Shown here in pieces: positions 26,148 to 32,000 of a stretch of 32,000 nt of DNA. The position numbers and the translations under genes are program-made. The DNA lies in the NCBI RefSeq assembly GCF_029504745.1, contig NZ_JAQFIQ010000021.1:8923-40922 (forward strand). Reading direction: 5' to 3'. Origin of the DNA: Breznakia sp. PF5-3. Its GTDB lineage: Bacteria > Bacillota_I > Bacilli_A > Erysipelotrichales > Erysipelotrichaceae. The notes under the pieces were generated by a model. The model searched no databases, was not told where the DNA came from, and saw only the letters and a list, made by a program, of their open reading frames with translations. Each line of letters starts with the position of its first letter. Position 1 is the stretch's first letter.

Positions 26148-27515
26148 ATGGAAACTAAAAGAATAAGTCATGAAGTCATTCAAGCATTCAAAGATGGAAG
26201 TGAAGAAGCGTTTGCGAAAATTTATGATCACTATTTTAATCGAGTGTTGTTTTTTGCTTATAATCATTTGAGTGATACGGATTTAGCACAAGATGTGGTG
26301 CAAAATACTTTTCTCTCTGTATATCGAGGTATTAGCAAATTGCAACACCTTGAAGCTTTTCATGCTTGGATTATGCGAATTGCATATTGTGAGTGTCAGA
26401 ATATATATAGAAAGAATAAAATCAAAACCGTTGATTTGCCAGAGTATATGGACATTGATGCTCTAGAGGATAATAAGAGTGATACAATTGATGAACAGAT
26501 GGAGGATAAGGTTCTTCAAGATATTGTTTCTAAAGAAATAAAAATGATGAATAATAAGATAAAAGATGTTGCCATTCTTAAATATTTAGAGGGATTAAGT
26601 GAGAAGGAGATATCAGGAATTTTAAGAATTCCTAAAGGAACTGTTAAAAGTAGAACATATAAAGCTAAGGTTATTCTTCAAGATAGTTTAAAGAAAAATG
26701 GAATAACTCCAGGTACATATAAAACATATGGTTTTTCAATTCCTACTATTTTTGTTTCTGCTTGTTACTACATGCAAACGCAAATACCTACTGTACAGCC
26801 AGATTACACAACGATTGTGAACACTGCAAAAGGAATTGGTGGTGGAATAGGATTAGCAACTGGAATTAGTGCAGTTAATGGTTCAACAGCTAAAATTGGC
26901 GGATCTATGGCAAAACGATTAATTACAGGAGGAGTTGTTGCCACAATTACAATTTCTGGAGGTCTTTTATTGAATAGAGCCCCAACTGTTGCAGTCGGAG
27001 TGAATCCAGTTCATCTAGATAAAAAAGCTCCTGCTGTTGCACCAGAGAAGTGTCAAATACAAGATGTTATCTATAGTGAAGAATTTACAAATCAACTTGT
27101 ACATGTAGAAGTGAAAGTAACCAATGATAACTACGATGAGATATTAATTAATGGTGTACAAACTCAAGAGATTCATGAAAATGGGGATTATGTAATCCAA
27201 ATTATGTTTGAAGGAAACGTTGTAGATGAAAGAGTTATTTCGATAAACAATATTGATAGAACACCAACGGAATATCTTGGCTATTCTGCTGATGGAAACG
27301 TATATACAGTTTATTTAAATGATACCCAATCGAAAATAAATCCAGCCATGATTAAATATTATAAAAATGGACAATTGAATACGAACTTTACTTTTAATCA
27401 AGAAACGCAAACCATTCATTTTAATTATGAAGATTATACGGAAAATATTTTTGAAATACATGATAACGCAGGAAACGTAGTGGATGTTACAGTTGTTTCT
27501 AAATATTTGAAATAA
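26148..27515 (+). CDS. ECF-type sigma-70 family factor fused to hydrophobic/TM segments and a C-terminal ~190-aa probable extracytoplasmic Ig-like domain
   Basis: Region 2 (DLAQDVVQNTFLSVYRGI ... HAWIMRIAY) and region 4 HTH (LSEKEISGILRIPKGTVKSRTYKAKVIL) lie in the first ~195 aa. Hydrophobic and Gly-rich segments follow (FSIPTIFVSACYYM, GIGGGIGLATGISAV, LITGGVVATITISGGLLL), then a beta-rich tail. ATG 26148 is preceded by AAGGGGGA; the track start at 26109 is less likely. Confidence 0.8.
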   Translation: METKRISHEVIQAFKDGSEEAFAKIYDHYFNRVLFFAYNHLSDTDLAQDVVQNTFLSVYRGISKLQHLEAFHAWIMRIAYCECQNIYRKNKIKTVDLPEYMDIDALEDNKSDTIDEQMEDKVLQDIVSKEIKMMNNKIKDVAILKYLEGLSEKEISGILRIPKGTVKSRTYKAKVILQDSLKKNGITPGTYKTYGFSIPTIFVSACYYMQTQIPTVQPDYTTIVNTAKGIGGGIGLATGISAVNGSTAKIGGSMAKRLITGGVVATITISGGLLLNRAPTVAVGVNPVHLDKKAPAVAPEKCQIQDVIYSEEFTNQLVHVEVKVTNDNYDEILINGVQTQEIHENGDYVIQIMFEGNVVDERVISINNIDRTPTEYLGYSADGNVYTVYLNDTQSKINPAMIKYYKNGQLNTNFTFNQETQTIHFNYEDYTENIFEIHDNAGNVVDVTVVSKYLK

Positions 27516-27519
27516 TTTC

Positions 27520-27544
27520 GAACCTTTTAAAATGAAGTAGCGAC
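27520..27544 (+). promoter_or_regulatory. Second ECF-type promoter (GAAC-N17-CGAC) upstream of the giant surface-protein gene
   Basis: GAAC at 27520-27523 and CGAC at 27541-27544, 17 nt apart, followed by CGACTTTAATACTGAGATGG. It starts 5 nt after the sigma gene stop and lies 57 nt upstream of ATG 27601. Confidence 0.6.
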
Positions 27545-27600
27545 TTTAATACTGAGATGGATTAAAAATTCCATTGAGTATTGTAAGGATGGAGGAAAAA

Positions 27601-30600
27601 ATGGTCAAAAGAGAAAAGAAAAAAGGAAACTTAACATCTTATTTCTACAAACTTTTTGTTGTGTTCTTGGCAGCATTTATGATGCTTACAAGTTTACCAA
27701 CAGAAATATTTGCGAGTGCTAATGAGACATCTTCGCAAACAGTTGAAAAAACAGATGCTAGTGTTTCTAATTCAAATGAAAGCAATTTGAATGAAACAAC
27801 GAATCTTCATGATGAAGATTCTAATGGTAATTTATGGCTTAGCTTTATGCGAAGTCCGCTTAAACCTAGAGGAAATGGAGATGCTCCCGATTATGGGCAA
27901 GTATCTGCAGTTCGTTTTACACAAGCCGATCAAGGATTGTTGAGTGGACTTGCATTAGATACCAATGGAAAAGTATGGACATGGGGATATAATGAACATG
28001 GTATCCAAGGGTGTGGCTATACTGCTACTGGTATGTATAATGGTGGTATGAAACGTATCCCATACTTTACAGAAAACGATATTAATATTGTTTCTATTGA
28101 AAGTGGATATTATACTGCATATGCAATTGATGATAAAGGTCAAGTATATGTATGGGGACGTGGAATTGAAGGTCAGATGGGAGATGGTTCAAACCGTAGT
28201 GTTAACCAAACTCCAAAACCAATCGCAGCATTATCAGGTGTTAAAATTAGAAAAATAGTAACTGGTATTGAAGCGGCATCTCATACGTACGCAATGGCTG
28301 AAGATGGTCGTATTTTTGCATGGGGATATGCAGATAACAATAGAATTCCAAATAGTGGTGTTTATGTTACTACACCAAAAGAAATGACAAGTTTAAATGG
28401 GTTAAATATTGTTGATATATCATTAGGTGATGCACACTGTATGTTCCTTAGCAAAGATGGAAAAGTGTACACACAAGGATATGGTTATCAAGGTCGACTT
28501 GGACATGGAAACACAACAAATGTGAATTATCCTAAAGAAGTTGAATGGTTTGCAAATAACAATAAAAAAGTTGTGCAAATTTCAGCTTCAACAAATTCAA
28601 GTTTAGCCCTTACTGAAGATGGTAAAATTTACCAATGGGGTCATATAGCAACAAGTGTTGGTGGATTTACAACAATGTTAACACCTACAGAAGTAGGTAT
28701 AGATTTAACAAGTAATCCATATGGATATACACCAGAGTGGCAAAAAATTATCTGTGGGCGTTATACAAGCTATGTAATTGATACACATGGTCGTGTTTGG
28801 AGTTGGGGATCAAATGTTTTCTATTCTTTTTCAACCGATGGACCGATGGCACCAGCAAATGTTGGAGCAGGAAATCCAGATCCAACTAGATATGGGAAAT
28901 TACATGAAGTTCGTTTAAAAGCGACAATGCAACCTCTTACCATGGGTGATGGAGATACTCAAGAATATATTCAAGCAGTAAAGGGACCAGTTTTTTCAAA
29001 TTGGCCTACAAGCGGTGCTTATGGTACATACATGAATGAAACGATAAATACATATCGTTGGTGGGGGAATTTCTCTGATATAGCAAATGGAATGCATCCT
29101 ACAATTTATGATAAAAAATATTGTAAAACCGTTGGGGAGTTTTCAAATAATAATCCAACAACTTTAGCTGCGTTAGCAACAGCGCATTCAAAAGTGTATC
29201 TAGTGGATGAGAAGGACAGAAGACTAGTATATGTAGTTAGAAAAGATGGAGCTAGTACAATTTCGGGAAACTATTATGTAGCTGAAGATAGTTATACTGG
29301 GACTTGGTTGGTAGACAATCGTTCAACATATGATCTTCCATCAGGAGTAACAGAAGAAACAAGTGTTCCAGCAATTAAAGAAAAAGAAAAAGGTTGGATT
29401 GGTCTTGCAGTCGACTTAGAAACTCATAATTGGACTGGACATAATATGAAACAAACTCCTTATATGATAGATATTAGTACATATCAATCTTCAAGTTTAT
29501 ATGTTGATGCTTCAGGTAACTTGTACAAAACAACGTATGATGGCGCCGGAGCTATTGCTTGGGGTTGGGATAATGAACTTTATGATTTACATACAGGAAG
29601 TGTTAGACCAGGAGAAGGATTATATAATAAGTATAATCATGAGTTAGTATTTATGAGAGGTGCACCAATGGTAACGCCTGTAGATGTTACCATTCAAAAG
29701 AGTACATCAAAAATTTACCAAACAGAGGGTAATACAAAAAGTGATAAAGTAACTGTAAAAGCAGATATTCCAGCAGCATATGTAGATGAAGATATGAATA
29801 TTAAATTTACATCGGATTTACGAGATGTAAAATATGTATTTGTTCCATATGATAAATCAAATCCAGATTTTAATATTGCTGATGATGAATTGACAATTGA
29901 TCAATTTAATGCAATGTATAATAATTCCGCATATACGAAGAAAGCAGATTTATTAGACGACACGATCAGTGGTGGTGATGATGGTAAAGAATGGAAAGAT
30001 GAAATAGAAATAACTGAGAATGGTAGAATTTATGTGTTAACAGTAGATAATGCTTATGGTAAAGTTACAAATACTTTAAAAGCATATACTGCAGATAACT
30101 TCTATACACCAGCAGTTATTGAACATGTTGGAAATGGATATGTAGATGGAAAAATCTATGAAGAAATTTATGCTCCAACAAGTGAAAATGTTACTAAGAC
30201 AAAAGAGGGAACAGATACTTCGGATGTATATGGAGTGCCTTTAGATGCTAAAGGAAATGTAATTGAAAACCCTACTTTTGGATATGATAAAGTGAAAGTC
30301 GAAAAATATGATGTTCTTCCAAATGGTGAAGATAAATATTGGTTATTTAGTACACCACAAGATGGCTCATTATCATTGACATTGGATGATAAAAAATATG
30401 TTGATGAAGATTTTACACATGAGTTTAAATACGAAAGAAATCCATCAGGATGGATAACAATTAGTTATGAAGGAAAAGATATAGATTCAGGTCTAGCTTT
30501 ACCTGCATTTAGTATGGATCCAAATCCTGAGATTGTAAAAATTGATAAAGAATTAACTAGAACTCCTCCAGAAATTTCAGATTATGAGATATTAGGATAC

Positions 30601-32000
30601 AATGTAAATACAGATAAGACAATCTATAATTTAGACAGTTCTGGCGACCTTGTGTATACGCCTACTGAAGATACAGTAATTACATTCTTATATGGAACAT
30701 GGAGCGAAAATAGTGAAAAAACAGTTGTAGATAAAAATGGAGATGGATATGCATCTCCTGGAGAAGAATTAACGTATACTCTAACTTATGAAAATGAAGG
30801 TAGTGGATCAGCAAAAAATGTTCTTATCCAAGATGAATTAAAAACCGTATTACCATATGTAGAGGATCCAAAAGCAGGATCTGTTACAGTTAATAATAAT
30901 GGTGCTATTACAACACACACAGTGCAAGATTTAATTGATGGAATCCCTATTGATAAAATTGCTGGGAAAACAAAAGTTACTGTTGTATTCAAGGTAAAAG
31001 TAAAAGCAGACTTAGATGTAGATACAGTAAAAGAAATTGTGAATAAATCAACAGTTGGTGAAAGCATTATTCTAACAGGAAAAGCAGAACTACAATCAGC
31101 TAAGAAAGTAGTGGATGCAAGTGGAGATGGAGTAGCATCACCAGGAGAAAAACTGACATATACAATTATCTCGAAAAACAATGGACCAGCAGATGCAAGC
31201 GATTTATTGGTAAAAGATGAAATGACTGGAGTGGTAGGACACATTAACGAAACACCATCAGCAGTAAACATCAACGTGACAATAGATGGAGCACCAGTAG
31301 GAAATTATACATTACAAGACTTGATTGATGGAATCACAATTGACAAGTTAGCGAAAGATAAGACATTGAGTGTAAGTTTCGCAGTAACAGTAAAAGATGA
31401 TTTAGATGTAAGTAAAGTAAACAAGATAGCGAACACAGCAACAGTTGGAGATACAAAACCAACGATTGAAATTCCAACGGGAAAAGTTGAACTTTCTACA
31501 AGCAAAACAGTAAGTGATGCAAGTGGCGATAATATTGCAGCTCCTGGAGAAGAATTGACATATGTGATTACCGCTAAAAACTCAGGTGCAGCTACGTCAA
31601 GCGAATTAACACTAAAAGATGAACTAACAAATGTGTTAGGAAATGTAGACGAGAGTGCGGCAAGCATCGTAGTAACAGTGAAGAGTGACAAGGATGCAAC
31701 TAAGAATGGAACAGTAAGTGGAAGTGAGTTAGTAACAGGATTGAAATACAAGTTACAAGCAAATGAAACACTGACATTGACATTCAAAGTAAATGTAAAA
31801 GCAGACTTAGATACAACGAAAGTTAAGAAGATAGCGAATAAAGCTACCATTGGAGATCAAAGTCCAACTGCAGAAATTCCAACCGGAATAAGTGATCTTA
31901 CATCAGCAGTGAAGAGTGTAAGTGACGCAAATGGGGATGGATATGCATCACCAGGCGAAGAATTGACATACACAATAACAGCTACAAATGAAGGAACAGT
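27601..32000 (+). CDS. Giant secreted protein (5' partial, >1466 aa): signal peptide, RCC1-like beta-propeller, unassigned middle region, tandem DUF11/TIGR01451-type repeats
   Basis: Hand translation of frame 1 from ATG 27601 (GGAGG at 27590-27594) to 32000 shows no stop codon. The signal peptide is KKKGNLTSYFYKLFVVFLAAFMMLTSLPTEIFASA. RCC1-type blades: GKVWTWGYNEHG, GQVYVWGRGIEGQMGDG, GRIFAWGYADNN, GKVYTQGYGYQGRLGHG, GKIYQWGH, GRVWSWGSN. C-terminal repeats carry GDGYASPGEELTYT. The ORF is not in the supplied track because it has no stop inside the window. Confidence 0.9.
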   Translation, partial: MVKREKKKGNLTSYFYKLFVVFLAAFMMLTSLPTEIFASANETSSQTVEKTDASVSNSNESNLNETTNLHDEDSNGNLWLSFMRSPLKPRGNGDAPDYGQVSAVRFTQADQGLLSGLALDTNGKVWTWGYNEHGIQGCGYTATGMYNGGMKRIPYFTENDINIVSIESGYYTAYAIDDKGQVYVWGRGIEGQMGDGSNRSVNQTPKPIAALSGVKIRKIVTGIEAASHTYAMAEDGRIFAWGYADNNRIPNSGVYVTTPKEMTSLNGLNIVDISLGDAHCMFLSKDGKVYTQGYGYQGRLGHGNTTNVNYPKEVEWFANNNKKVVQISASTNSSLALTEDGKIYQWGHIATSVGGFTTMLTPTEVGIDLTSNPYGYTPEWQKIICGRYTSYVIDTHGRVWSWGSNVFYSFSTDGPMAPANVGAGNPDPTRYGKLHEVRLKATMQPLTMGDGDTQEYIQAVKGPVFSNWPTSGAYGTYMNETINTYRWWGNFSDIANGMHPTIYDKKYCKTVGEFSNNNPTTLAALATAHSKVYLVDEKDRRLVYVVRKDGASTISGNYYVAEDSYTGTWLVDNRSTYDLPSGVTEETSVPAIKEKEKGWIGLAVDLETHNWTGHNMKQTPYMIDISTYQSSSLYVDASGNLYKTTYDGAGAIAWGWDNELYDLHTGSVRPGEGLYNKYNHELVFMRGAPMVTPVDVTIQKSTSKIYQTEGNTKSDKVTVKADIPAAYVDEDMNIKFTSDLRDVKYVFVPYDKSNPDFNIADDELTIDQFNAMYNNSAYTKKADLLDDTISGGDDGKEWKDEIEITENGRIYVLTVDNAYGKVTNTLKAYTADNFYTPAVIEHVGNGYVDGKIYEEIYAPTSENVTKTKEGTDTSDVYGVPLDAKGNVIENPTFGYDKVKVEKYDVLPNGEDKYWLFSTPQDGSLSLTLDDKKYVDEDFTHEFKYERNPSGWITISYEGKDIDSGLALPAFSMDPNPEIVKIDKELTRTPPEISDYEILGYNVNTDKTIYNLDSSGDLVYTPTEDTVITFLYGTWSENSEKTVVDKNGDGYASPGEELTYTLTYENEGSGSAKNVLIQDELKTVLPYVEDPKAGSVTVNNNGAITTHTVQDLIDGIPIDKIAGKTKVTVVFKVKVKADLDVDTVKEIVNKSTVGESIILTGKAELQSAKKVVDASGDGVASPGEKLTYTIISKNNGPADASDLLVKDEMTGVVGHINETPSAVNINVTIDGAPVGNYTLQDLIDGITIDKLAKDKTLSVSFAVTVKDDLDVSKVNKIANTATVGDTKPTIEIPTGKVELSTSKTVSDASGDNIAAPGEELTYVITAKNSGAATSSELTLKDELTNVLGNVDESAASIVVTVKSDKDATKNGTVSGSELVTGLKYKLQANETLTLTFKVNVKADLDTTKVKKIANKATIGDQSPTAEIPTGISDLTSAVKSVSDANGDGYASPGEELTYTITATNEGT
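30715..32000 (+). repeat. Tandem ~128-136-codon coding repeats (DUF11 / 'conserved repeat domain' modules) within the giant gene
   Basis: Units start at about 30715, 31099, 31501 and 31906. Each has D-x-(N/S)-G-D-G-x-A-S-P-G-E-x-L-T-Y-T-I ... (K/Q)D-E-(L/M) ... V-K-A/D-D-L-D ... N-x-A-T-V/I-G-D. The fourth unit is cut by the window end. Confidence 0.85.

Noticed and set aside
27955-31850. Minus-strand ORFs from the track (27955-28143, 30786-31274, 31305-31850) inside the right-hand region
   Set aside because: They lie antisense to a continuous >1466-codon + strand frame with clear domain signatures. Their products are low-complexity Ser/Thr/Val/Phe strings with no SD and no motif. They are shadow ORFs of the repeat-rich gene.
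30715-32000. Periodic ~400-nt repeats, considered as a possible CRISPR or satellite array
   Set aside because: The period is far too long and the units are divergent at the DNA level. They are in-frame, with conserved amino-acid motifs, so they are protein-domain repeats inside a CDS.

Overview
AT-rich chromosomal segment of a low-GC Gram-positive bacterium. It is Bacillota; the protein sequences look Erysipelotrichia/Clostridia-like, but the lineage cannot be proven from this window. Most of the window is ordinary core genome. Left to right: teichoic-acid genes (tagD, two CDP-glycerol glycerophosphotransferases, a lipoprotein); class I ribonucleotide reductase nrdAB; mutY plus a NUDIX hydrolase; a DegV protein; a translationally coupled four-gene minus-strand sensor module (PBP1 sugar-binding protein, HisKA_3 kinase, NarL/LuxR regulator, family-1 solute-binding protein) with no transporter genes nearby; several small membrane, zinc-ribbon and hypothetical genes; a decayed ~3.1-kb islet bounded by a 32-nt tRNA-Phe 3' fragment and a seven-tRNA array (Arg-Pro-Met-Ile2-Ser-fMet-Phe, minus strand); a DAG-kinase-family lipid kinase; and proBA. 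The most unusual part is the right end (24.8-32 kb). It has a two-gene operon encoding a membrane-anchored bactofilin and an ECF-type sigma factor fused to transmembrane and extracellular Ig-like sequence. The operon's GAAC-N17-CGAC promoter recurs, with extended downstream similarity, directly in front of an open reading frame of more than 1466 codons. That frame encodes a signal peptide, an RCC1-like beta-propeller, about 600 unassigned residues and tandem DUF11-type repeats. It runs off the window and is absent from the supplied ORF track, which shows only antisense shadow ORFs there. Other non-obvious signals: a ~170-nt intergenic module present twice, flanking nrdAB-mutY-nudix (candidate sRNA or sORF); a promoter-to-orphan-terminator unit upstream of a hypothetical gene carrying three GUUCCCyUAA loop motifs; and an apparently leaderless mutY. 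No CRISPR array, transposase, integrase or recognisable defence genes were seen.
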